In this document: positions 27,846 through 40,300 of the stretch, one piece after another
How positions within the stretch are numbered: position 1 is the stretch's first letter
Layout: the number at the start of each line of letters is the position of its first letter
Source of the DNA: Yuukianura sp. NJ FZ-2021
Taxonomy: Eukaryota
Direction: 5' to 3'
Assembly (NCBI GenBank): GCA_046563655.1
Contig: CM102285.1
Span: forward strand, 11,160,001-11,224,000
DNA: 64,000 nt
Program-made: the position numbers and the translations under genes
Notes under the pieces: generated by a model
The model's database searches: none
Seen by the model: the letters and a program-made list of their open reading frames with translations, nothing else
What the model was told of the DNA's origin: nothing

Positions 27846-28060
27846 TATAGTTTGTCTATTTTAAGAAGGCGGGTTTGTTTCGTTGATTTTTTCGCTTCCA
27901 TTGCGACGCTTATGGCAAAACTCAGTTTTTGAAAAACACTTTCTCCATTAGGTTTGTATACAAAATTTCACAAAATTGATAATTTCTGTGTTAACGGTCC
28001 ATAAGGCGACTGAAATTTTTTCAAATTTGAAAACCGCCTTCTAAAAATAGACAAACTATA
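27846..28060. mobile_element. MITE-like non-autonomous DNA element, ~211 bp, with ~30 bp terminal inverted repeats and a probable TA target-site duplication (Tc1/mariner-type signature)
   Basis: Left end TATAGTTTGTCTATTTTAAGAAGGCGGGTTT versus reverse complement of the right end TATAGTTTGTCTATTTTTAGAAGGCGGTTTT (2 mismatches in 31). There is a weak internal inverted pair, CGCTTATGG / CCATAAGGCG, and no coding capacity. Confidence 0.8.
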
Positions 28061-28223
28061 GTTCTAGCCAATCCACATGATTTCCATCATAAAGATTGAT
28101 GCAAACAAGCGAACTTTTTTTTCATAGATTTTTTTTAGTTTACTTTTAAGAAATTAAAAGTTTAGTTTAGCTTTTTTTTTACTATAGAATTTTGAAATTT
28201 TGAAAAAGGAAGAGCATGCTTAC

Positions 28224-28322
28224 CAAGATTTCATTGTCTGTGAATAATTTGGCTCCTTTAGAGGAAATGAAACCCAGACTGGTTTGAGCATGTGACACTT
28301 CTGTTGACTCACCCACCTGCAT
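28224..28322 (-). CDS. Candidate first coding micro-exons of Sp6-9 (28322-28313 and 28255-28224), giving MQVGAKLFTDNEIL joined in frame to EHPGLRG
   Basis: ATG CAG GTG G|GTGAGT, then a 57-nt intron ending TTTCCTCTAAAG, then a 32-nt exon ending TTG|GTAAGC in phase 0, matching the phase-0 acceptor at 22458. Supported only by splice signals and frame. Confidence 0.3.
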
Positions 28323-31300
28323 GTCAAATATATACACACAGAATGAGTCCTCTCATTTGAACAACATTTTTTTAAAAAACACTTTTTAATAAAAAAAGGA
28401 AATGTGTTACTACAGTAAGAACTAAAAATATAAATTGAGTTCTTCCATTTCCGCCCGCGCAAACCGAGAAGTAGTCCAGAGGCGATAGAAAAGCCATTTG
28501 AAACCAGATGTTCCAGCACACGTAATTATGCCTCCTACGACCCCACCACAATTCCAATAATAACGACAAGCCCAACAGCAATATTCCAGGCAAATAACTC
28601 CGTTTTGTTGCGTACCAAACACATTTGAGTGCCTCTTCACACTAAACTTTATGGTGAAACTAACTTTTAAAAAAATTGACACCCAGAGAAAGTCAATTTC
28701 CCCAAAAATCATTTAGAAAGATCAGTAAAAATCTGGTTTCGAGTTACTTTTTTCTATTTCCCAAGTGTCCACTTTCACCCCAAGCAAAATACGACACTCG
28801 AGGGTGTCTAGATCTCAATACAAGCTAAATTAAGCGTAAACTTAAAGCGCCTCGAAGCGAAAATCCGATTGGCCTATTATGCTACGAGGGAAAAATAAAG
28901 TTTTGACACACAGTTGGATTTTACAGTTAATTTTCATTCTCCCGTGTGCTGACAAGATTTGAGCAGCCGAGAAGTTGTCAGGAAATCCGAGAATCAAATC
29001 ATTTTCTTATCCTAAAGTTCTGACAACATCTTTCCCCACACACAGACACAAGATTTTACCATATAGAAAACATTAACGTTGAAGAATCACTATCAAGCCT
29101 TCAGCAGCAGAAGAGAAGCCTTTTGGCTTGAATTATTTAAAGAAAAAAAGTTTCTAATAATAAGAAGACAAAAGGAAAAAGAAGAATTTCTGATCTCAGA
29201 ATAACTTGACTGACAGGACACTTCATCGCAGGAAAAGTTGAACCGCTGCTCCTGCTGCTACAAAAACCAAAGCCTTAAGACACAAGACTAGTCGATGAAA
29301 GGGGGCCCTTGGGGCCCTTTCCCTTCTAAAAGTTCACCTTTGACCTCCAACTGTCACTTACATGGAAGTGACAACAGACAAGGTCAAGTCTGTTTCCTAT
29401 TCCTTTCCTTCTTCGAAAGTTTAGAAACTAATTGAGTCAAAATAACTTTAAAAAGAAAACTTTGAAAAAAAAAGTGTTGCATTGGAGTAATTTGCCTCAG
29501 GAGAAACTTTGTGCAGAGTCATGTTGTTAGTAAGCAGTAAAATACATAACTGTGCAAATTAAAATTGACGTGAAATCCAACCTTTTGAGTGTTGAATGCA
29601 CTAAATGTCTTCATGAACCAAAAAAAAAAAATGAAATAAATAAGTGAATAAGATTTTCATTTTTGATTAGGTAATACAAAAAGCTAGAGATTTGATAGAT
29701 GAGTCAAGAAGAAGGCTTGAAGGCAGGTGAGTTTTAGTAAAAGTTAGACTAGCAAAAACTAACCTGAAGCTAATAGGTCTAAGTGCAAAATCCTTCATTT
29801 TCGCCTAATCTAGACAGAAACAATGGGCGTGGTAGGCCATTTACTCAAAAAGAAACTGCAAAGCTTGCAAATGTCATAATTTCAAAATGTGAAGTGTCAG
29901 AAAAATCATGTAAACGTTTGATATAAGAAATACCACAATGTACGTGGCATAAATTGGCCACGTTTTTATGTGCTTCCGCTTATACCAGAGTGGAATTACT
30001 CATTTTTACAACATAAAAATATCGAAAATTGACTAACTGCAGTTAATAAATGGATCTTAAATTCTAAAGGTGACACAAAACATGCATTGCTGTCATACAA
30101 AATTATCTGAATCGGAGGGCTCAGAGGAAAACTAAAACAAAAAAAAAGATTCATCCCAGATGTGGTAATCGCAAATTCTGGAGTAGTAAAAGCGCAGACT
30201 TAAAATATTTTGGACGAAAATGATTTTCTGGTTTTGAAAATTTTTGAAAGAAAGAACAATAGGCAAAATTACCTGCATAATCCGTCAAAAAGTCAATCTC
30301 ACTTTTTGTTCTTTTTTTGAAAAACGTTGTAAAGTGAGCATTGTTGTAAAGTGTTAGAATATGAAGAGGTTCTTGCATGTTTAGAACTCATTATCCTTCC
30401 AACAGTCGTGTTTCCTCTCCTTGTCCCAAAAAATATTCAAAGTTTCTTCATATTTTCAAAGTTTCAAAAAACCGAAAAAAGTCAAAGTCGACTAGCAGTG
30501 TGCGTGTCGGTTAGAAAACGGTGCCGTTCCAGGGTAGCGGTATTGACACTTTATGTGTTCCCACTTTCCACAAGTTCAATAAAAGCCAAAACCTGAGTGT
30601 TTTAGCTGCAGCCAAAATGTTTTTTTTTAGATTTGTGAGAACAAAAGTAAAAAATTCTTGTTTTAGAAATTGTTCTACGCACACACATGGTTTTACTGGA
30701 GCAAGAAAGAGAACTTCCGCTGCTAAACGCTTGGGCCATTGAAAAGTATGGTATGGGTGCCATTATCGACACGTTTGCGGCTCTCCAACATTTTATTGTT
30801 AAGGGAGAAACAGCCGTTGTGCGTCTTGTATACTTTTTGAACACGAATTTTGAATAGACTTAAACACAATTGAAAATGGAGAAAATTTGAAAAAGGAAAA
30901 ACGAAACAATCCCGGTACTGCTTGGATCGGATAACAATGCCCGGATTTTTATTTTTAGGTGTGAACTTTTCGGTTTTTGTTACTTTTTGCAACAATTGTG
31001 TATACTTAGGATCAAATACCGTAAAATTCGTTCTCTTCAAACAAACCCGTTTTTATGAACCACAAAAATAACTTTCCTACAATTCAAAAATAGCCATCGA
31101 AATTGTTAATCCAAAAGGCACTATAAAATCGAATTTTGTTCAAAATAAAGTGAAAGTGTCAACTTTACTAAAAACGAATTGTTGTTAATAAAGTCTTTGT
31201 TTTCGTTCATGTTAGCTGCAGCAGGAGAAAAGAAATGTTTTCTAAATTTTTGATAACTTTGTGTAGTTACTCCCTTCAAAATAATTACAGGTGGAAAAAA

Positions 31301-34300
31301 CTTTTTCTACTACAAAGTTTTAGTGTGAGCACAAGAAAAAAAAATTCTGTCATGATCAATAACATGGAGTAGGGTGAAAATTCAATACTGCTTGAATATT
31401 CAGTTCCTCTAAAGAGAAAGTGAAGCTGAACTCACTATCACCTGATACAAAATGAAAAAACTTAAAACGCAGCGTGAATTTCTCCAAAAGTGTCAAAATC
31501 AAGTAATAAAAATTTTTCAGTTTTAAAACGAAAACTTTACAATTTTCGCCGTTTTTTTTTAGAGTAAAATTACTTTGAATTTGATGAAACGTGAAACTTA
31601 AAAAGAGAAAGCACTAATGAAAACCGTTACTTTCCCCAAATTGCCAATTTTCGCTTAGTACATGGTTATCCTTCCTTAATTTCCCTCTCAAATTGGTGCA
31701 AAAGACAAACAAAGGGGGATGGGTTCAAGTTGAGCAATTATTTTCATTAGGGTTTACGTTATTAGGTTTCGGGTTAGGAGTTTGTTAAAGTTTTAGGTTA
31801 TGATGCAACTGGAGGGTGCAGAAATCGAAAGTTATACACTTGAATTAGAATGATGAATTCATTGACCCATCTCATGAAAGTAACAAAAGGAAAACTGTAA
31901 AAACCGAAGGAATAAATAAGCGATTGGTCATTTCGGTTGGCTTTTAAACTCAAGTTGCTTCTGAGGTTGAGGTGGTGAAGCTTGTGCCACCGGGGAGTCA
32001 ATTCATTTCAAAAACTTAAACGAAAGGTTCTCAGCAGGCTCTCACTTTCCAGCGATTTCATTTTTCAAAAAAAAAATGCTCTTTTTTCTTAAAAACTGGT
32101 GTTCCTTTTTGAAATCCTCACACCTACTGCTGACATGAGAATGAAGGCCTTGTTGGTCATAAATTTTGTCAACCTTTTAGCAAAAACTTTAGCAAACAAG
32201 GGTAACGAAAGCTGAATCCATAAAATCCATTGTTGTAAACCCTGACCTTGATTTTGCAAAAATCATCGTGTTCCTCTGCTTTACATCATGTACACAAAAC
32301 ATTTTGTAAAACGCAGAACACAATTCTCATGTCACGGGCAATTGATATTTCCTGATTCAACTTACTGAATTTTTCGAAAATAAAAGTTTGTCTAAAAAGA
32401 AAACTAAAACTATGAAGAAAAAAAACCGAAGCAAAAACATATTTTCGAAAATAAAAACCAAAAATGTATGAAGTCGTTTTAAAATTTTGATTTACAGGAA
32501 AGTTAAATTTACGGCTTTAACAGTTAGTTACGATTTCACGGTGATATTCTGAATTTCTGTAAATAATGCGAATTTGGAATTTTCGTTCGAAAAATTATGC
32601 GCATAAAATTTTCACTTCAGTAAAATAATGGAACCTGTTAAAGAAATTAGGTTCAAAAATTGGCCAATTTGGCAAAGTTGAAGATAGTTGGAAAAATTAG
32701 GTGAAAATTGGTTGTTAATCTCAAGGATCTTGAAAACAGTTTTACAATGAAGAACGGAGATTGAAATTGAGGATAAGTAGGACTAAAAGGGCTTCGTTCA
32801 AACCATTTTACAAAAGGAAAGATGAAGATCTACAACCCTAATTAAATTCAATAGAAAATTTAAAATTAGTTGCATAATTCCTTGTTTAGAACGTGTTAAA
32901 TTTACTTACAGCTCTGTCTAGTAGATGTGATGTTTGAGAATGCGAGTAAATGTCGGGCCGTACAGCCGGGCTTATGTCCGCTGTCAACATTTTGACTTTC
33001 TCAACTGAACCACTTTAAAAACTTTTTGACAATAATTTGACAAAAACTTCTTTCTTTACTAACAAAATCCCAGTGTTAAGGAAGTTCAAGTTGCTTGACC
33101 TCAAAAGTTTTTGAAGTTGGTGGTCATTCACTTTTGGACGTTTCGCGAAATGACTTTTTAGAAAGAAAAGTTGTCACTTTTGAAAATTGTAACATGAGTG
33201 TAATCATAGGATGTTTCCACTTGTTCCCATATAACTATTCCCATCCAATTATTACAGTTTTGATGGGTTGATTACACAGTTTTAGGCAAAAGGACTTTTA
33301 TTGATCTCAAAAGTCCAACTATACACACGAATACTTTTCACTGTCAAAGTCACTTAAGAAACAACTCGAAGATTCCGGGGGTGAAAGGTGGAGAAAGGCA
33401 AATCACAAACTTTTTCTCAAAAGAAAAGCTCGCGGGGATGGAAAAATTAAAAAGTATTGAGTTCAGGAGGTTAGTGTTGCTCAAACAGGAATCAATTATT
33501 GGTGAGGGTTAATGGGATGATTTTCGGGTATCAAATTCTGAGCTGAATTTGCGTGGCAAATTGTTTTTGAGAGATGGATTAAAATGCAAGTGCCTTCAGG
33601 TGAGCTTGTGGGCAAAGACTCTTGTGCCTTCGTGATCTTGGTTTTTGTGGTTAATTTTTTTCCTAAAAAGCTGCAAGTCTTGTGGTTGAAAGGAGACTGA
33701 CGCTGGGTGCTAGCGGTTTAAGGTTGTTGCCGTAAGCCGTAGAGTGGATGTCGTGCTTGCCTAACTGTTGGCATGAGCAGAATGAGGTACTTGGGCGAGT
33801 GTTGTGGAGGGCCAGGGAACTTTTGAGTATAGTTTGACGTTATGCGGCTGATTCTGTGCTGGGTTGGAAGGTGCCTAGCTAAAAAATGATGGGGTGGCTG
33901 GGGCAAAGCTGTATTGATGGAGGTGTAGCTGACGTAACGCCCAGGCCAGCCCCGTTCCGTCACGCCCTTTACAAAAAATAGCGAAAGAAGCGGAGGCTTT
34001 AGTTGCGCTGGGACGAAGGAGCTGTGGGCTGTTGCCTTAGTGTTGCTGGATACTAAGTGGTGGGCCAAGTGGGACTGGGAAATAGAATCCGATCAGGACC
34101 AACCCAGCTATCCCAAAGGTGGAGTGGAACACCCACTTCTACACCCAATTCCCCGCTATAAAACAGTTAGCAAACCACGGACCCACCGAATGCAGTCCTG
34201 TCAATCCCAACCAGGATCCAGACAAAACGGACTTTCACTACCACTGGAGAAATGACACACGACAACATTATTAAGCTTTCAAGAAGCCTTCTACTCAAAA

Positions 34301-37300
34301 CCAAATTCACTCTTGTCAATTAGAACTGCACAATTCATGTCATTTCAAACACATCCTTCAACTAGTTAGTTAACAAACCAAAAGCGTTTCCAATTTGGCA
34401 AAGTTTTCAAAATTTTAAAGTCGAAACTCGAAACCCTCAAATGGAACGGATTTTGCTATTTCCAAAGATTTTTACTGAAAAGAGCAACACAAAAAAATTG
34501 TCTTTTCAGTTTTGTATGCTTTTCTCTGTAATTTGAAATTTTTCAATTGCTAAATTTTTTTTTTTTGCTTTCGCAACTCGGTGAAAGTCAGAGGACAAGT
34601 GAGTCCTCTACGGACCAAAAAAGCAAAGAGAAAGTAGCTTTCACTTTACTCATCAACAGCCTATTCGACACACATCAAAAATATCAACGGCGCTAATGTC
34701 AACAGCAAAAGAAAAACTTCAAAAATGAAAAATAATGTTAAAATTCACTTTCTAATTCTAAAACTTTTTGCAATTGGTTTTGGAACCTAAAAAGCCTAGT
34801 TAAATTTAACATCTTATGAGAATCCTCGTCACGGTTAGTTGATTCCAGTAGAACCTTCATTTTTCAAATAATTGCCCAATCTTAAAGGAAACTTGCGTTC
34901 CTCGTTAACAATAGAACTTAAGAATGGTTTCCTTTCCTCCGATAGCCGCCTAAATAAGAACTAGCCAAAAATTAAGCACTACTTGGTAATGGTTGCTTGA
35001 TTTACGCCATAAATCTCCTCCAAATCACCAAGATCCACCAAACAACCTCTTCACTACGACCAACCACAATTACCATTTTAATCAACGTAATAATCAACGT
35101 GAGAAGAGGCAGGAGTGGCCAGGCTACCCAGTTGCAACGGGAGTCTTTTTGCCAATTGACAATAGAAGACTTGACAAGACCATAAAGCACGACCAGATCC
35201 ACCAATTTCCTTCATCTTGTTCCTGATCATTGTCATTACTAGTTATGCCTTGGTGGATCATGATGAGCCACCACCTACTATCTTTGTGAGCCACCACTTA
35301 ATTGATTGCATTATTCAAAGATCCATTGGATTTGGTGCCCTATTTCCTACAATAACCTAACCATCTCCCTACTGTACAAGAATAAAAAGTAATCACGAAC
35401 CCACGATCGCACGTAGTCAATTTCCAATTAACTTTCTCAATTGATCATAAATCAGAAGTTGGATTATTCCAAGGAAATTGGAATAATAATTTAGTAAAGA
35501 GATAATATTACTCAAAGGGCTAGAAAGTTAGTATGGATTGGCCCTCTCAAAATTTATTACAGAAGCAAATCAGTAGTGAATTAATTCAACTTTTTATGCA
35601 ATAACTCTTAATTTTTCAAGTTTCCGTAATCAATTCATTTATAAATTATAATCGAAAACTTAAGAAAAACGAGTTTAGCATCACAAAAGTTGTCATCCTT
35701 CAACTTTTGATCCTCTTCAATTGCAACCAAAATTCTTTGCATCTTTACTATGCACAAAAACATCGAAAATCTTAGGATCAATGGTTCGACAAATACTTCG
35801 TTCACATCAAGAAATTGGAGAAAAATTGCATTTTCTTTTTCGAAAAAATGCATTTTTTCTTGGTAAAAATTCATAATTATGGTTTACATCCTTTCGATGC
35901 TTCCAGAAGATAGTGCCTGGCTGTGTAAATATTTGAGCAACATTTCTGCCAATGTCACTCGCTTTTGCCTGTGCTTTTTGGTAATAATTGCCGGTTGGCG
36001 TCTGTTTTCTGGAAGTTTGCTAAAACAAACAAGGAAATGCTCTCTTCTGAAAACTCACTGAGTTGAAACGACCAAAGACAATTAAAAGGAAGTTGATTAA
36101 CAAATTAAGAGCAGGACGTAATTGCTACATTGTTACTTTCATTTGATCTTTTTAGACGGGCAATTTCAAACCTACAATTAAAATTTGAAATGGTAACAAC
36201 TGAAGGTTCAGAAGGTGGCAGAATTTGTCCTATAGAAATTGGTTTTTGGCAGCATTCTCGGCAGTTTTTGAGCGGATAAAACCAAAATGGAGCCTAAATT
36301 TGAACTATTCAATTTTAGATTGGGAGTAATAACAGTAATAGTGTAAAATAGGCTAATCAACACTCTCTCCTCTCTCCGTCGATGATGATAGAGATGATGG
36401 CGAATATTACAAGGTTTTGACTTGCTAATTGTTACAATTACTCCTATCCACACTCACCTTGATTACTACTATGTTCAACTTATTCAGAAATTGAATGGAT
36501 CCATAAGAGTGTTGTGCCATTATTACGAAGGAACATAAGCCCTGTCATGCGGTTTTCCTCAATAACAACTTGCACACACCCTACATAACACGCAATGTTA
36601 CTTTTCTGACTGATTTCATTGAATTCCTTATGTTTAAACTTAACCACAGAAGTCAACAATTCCAACTTACAATTTCATTGTGCATGGTGCACGAAGTGCA
36701 GTCGCAATCCACACGACTTTCACTTTTCCGCAATTCCACTTTCAAATTTTAATTACTAGGTAGTTTAATTTTTTTGTATAAATTTGTATAAAAATACAAT
36801 AAAACAAGCTTTTCTGCTATTGATTACAATACAAATATTTATTAAACTACAATACGATTCAAGTGAAAAGGAAAGTCCCTACTTATTCATTCAGTTGTGA
36901 TCCATAAAAAAACTGTACAACAACCTGGAATCTAGGCATTAAAAGCAAGCTGGAACTGGCAGTATCCTAAATGTTTTTACATGGCGGTTTTGAAAATAAA
37001 TTTTGACATTGAGATTCAGATTTTCTGTTTTTTACAAATGAAGCACAGCGGAATATGCTAACTCCAAAATTACATCCAATATATACTATGATGCTTTAAA
37101 TCCCAGTCCAAAATTGATACTGTATGAATTTGGAAGGTACGAGTATTGTTTTGATCATGAAGACCACACCCAGTCGTCCATTGAATTTGGATTCTGTGCA
37201 CAATTTCCTTGGATGTGTTATATGGAATATCCGTTCAAAACGTGTGAATCATTTTCACTGTAATGAATTTGAGTCACGCACAGTCTACTATTTGGAAGGC

Positions 37301-40300
37301 TACAGATTTCATGGTGAACCCTATCCTCCATCCTGATTCTCACAATCAACTGAATTACATCCACAGATCTACTGAGATCAACAATCAACATGGGGCAGAA
37401 GTTATTATTAGTTTACAGAACGTTGGAAATCAAAACCATTTCAATTTAGAAATGTACGTCCACACAATTCTTGAATGAAAACTCAAAAACCACAAAAGCT
37501 CGCGAAATATCGTTTGTTTCGTGATTTGAAACTTTCTCCAAAAATGAAAATATAAAGGTGGAAAAAAAAACTGTTGAACCCAACTAAAAAAAAAGTCCTG
37601 TTTTTATGAAATTTTCCTTCTCCAAATTACAAGCTAACTCTTGTAATGCCGTACTTTTGAGGAACATTTAGCAAAGTTAAGCTTCTGGGATGACAATGAC
37701 TTATGAATCTGTTCGTTTTAAGCACTATTACATCTAAACTCATTTAGAATTCAAAAGTGGGAGGACTTTCATTGTAGTTTGTTATGAACCTTAACGTGTT
37801 TCAAGAAATGTTAAGAAACTTCCTTATTTAAATCCGTGAGTCGGGTCCAGTTTTCAAGAAGAAAACGCCGAGAAGTTCCCTTTAAATAATATTTTCTCGT
37901 ACCCTGTAATTATAAGTTTGTAAATCAAACGGAGGAACAGAATTCTTTTTCTCTTTTCGTTCTTTCTCCGCCTACTTTTACTCTTTTATGATTTTGCGGT
38001 GGACTTAAGGGCTCTCCTGCGTTCCCTCCAGTCCTTGAGGCTTCGGACGTAAGACACATTATTTTAAGTTTCAGCCTCCTCTGTCCAAGGAACAATTCCA
38101 GTCCCTGTCTTGCGTGTCCTTATGTGGAGCCATGCCTCAATATTTTACCTTTTATCCATCCAAGTCCCAATATGGACTTGGACCAGCCCACTTTCTTCTT
38201 TTTTAAAAATTAGAAACGATTCTAATGAACTTTATCCCAAAGATAATGAGGCCTGATTCTCGTAACAATTTGTTCTTACACCGCCGCGGCGTCTGTTCAA
38301 ACAGAAAACACAACTTGACCTTTTGGTTTTTCAAAAAGCTCCAGCTAACTTGAAGCGCTAACGTTGTGTTCGAATTTTCAAAGCATCAAGTAGTTGAAAT
38401 CATCAAGTAAGCTGTCTTTTTTAAATTTAACTCAAATTCGATCACAGAAATCAAGAAAGAATTCCAAGCTGAATTAAACTTCGGGTCAAATCAATTTTAA
38501 ACTACAATCAATGTAAAAATCACAAACTAAAGCTAGAGCTTGGCATTGGTTTGATTGTTGTGAGTTATTGTTTAGTGTTAGTTAGTAAAGCAAAGGTTGC
38601 AATTGTAATTAAAATGTAATTGAACCCTGATGTGAATTAATAACTAAAATTAATTTTACGTGGCTCTGCCTCCATGCCTCCTTGAACCACAGCGTTGCAA
38701 CACCTACTTGACTTTCTGTAAAGCGTGTTTAACCACGCCTGAGATCTCCCTCCTGCTGCGAAAAGGCAGTCTCTCCACTTGTAAATGCTCTTGGAAATAC
38801 AATCAAAACGTCAGTTTCCATTATGCACCTATGTCTTCATTTTTTCAAAGAAAAAATCCTGCCATTTCTATTCCTGAGTCACCAAAATTCGGAAATTCTT
38901 TCAAAATTAGTAGAGGGAAAGGTGAAAAGTGAAAATAGACAAATAAAACCGAATTTTCTTTCCAAAATTCTCCGAAATCATTTTTTGCCCAAACTAAACT
39001 CTCAAATCTCAATCAACTCAACTGCGAGACTGCTTCTTCAAAGTGAAAGCAAAAAATTCAAAATTTTGAAGTGCCACCGACTTTTTCCACATAAAACCTG
39101 GGCTTATCAAACAAAATTTATTACCAACAAAAAATATTTTTTGGTTGGGCAATATTTGAAAACAAAAGAAATTCTTTCTTTGAATTGTTTGCAAAAAGTT
39201 GCAGATCATCGACCAAGAATCTTTCGTTTTCGTTAAGGTTTTGTTTGCTCATTGTTTCTTTTGTTTCAATTTTTTTGTCAATTTTAAATTGCCGAAAATT
39301 TCCGTGAAAACTGTATGTGAGTCAAAACCATTTGTTTTTCCGAGTTTTTTGTGACTCCCTTGTGGTCATTTGGGAGGAGGTTTTGGATTAAAAGTAATTT
39401 GTAATAAATCAACTTATTCTCTCAAATTCTTCAATAAAAAATTCGTTTGCACGATTTTGGTTAAGAATTTATTCCCTTGAGAGACATGCCAAGAAACCCT
39501 CTCAAAGTTCATAAGTTTAAAATGGTCGGATAGAATATGAAGTCATGTTTTGTTTCTCAGGAAAGAATAGATTCGCTTCAATTGGGTAGTCAAACCGGAC
39601 GATGAAAATTAGGAAATAAGGAAAACATGTCATGAAAGGAAAATAATCGAGTCAGGGATTCGGGAACTTTTAATGAATTTATGTGTTTGCGTTTATTCCG
39701 CTTTCTACCCCTGGGAAAATTATTAACCAATTCAACGCTTTTCTAATGTACAAACCGGAAAGTTTGAATGAAGCCTACGAATATATTTTTCAAAATTAAT
39801 GTTCATAAAATAGGAAAACCGTCGGAGTTACAAGAAAACTGAACACAGCAAAGTTAAAACAGGTACGCGAAAAACACAAAAGTTTTATTCGTTTCTGTTA
39901 AAAACGTTCTGGAGGATTACAGAAAATAACATGCACAAAGGTGCTAGACATTTGTCAATTTCTGCCGAAAAAGTTTCAGTGATCATCTCATAGAAATGTC
40001 TTCCAAATACACGTAAAGTTGCTGGACATGCGTTTCTGGTCAATGAACTGTGCTCTGAATTGAAACTCATTGTTGTCTTATGAGTGGCTTAATTTCCACA
40101 AAAGCGGGTAATCAACTTGACCCTAATGATGACCCCAAAACTAAACGACAAAACCCGAAAACCTAACCTTTACCATATTGTTCATCAGTTCATGTTAATC
40201 AAAAGCAGCTACTCATGCAGTCTTTCATTTATATCAAAAAATATGCACCCTCTCCTACCGAATCCGTAATTCATCTTCATCCAATGCAAAATTAACCCCA

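Noticed and set aside
31745..31800. TTAGG-like telomeric repeats
   Set aside because: A few degenerate, non-tandem copies only; not an interstitial telomere array.
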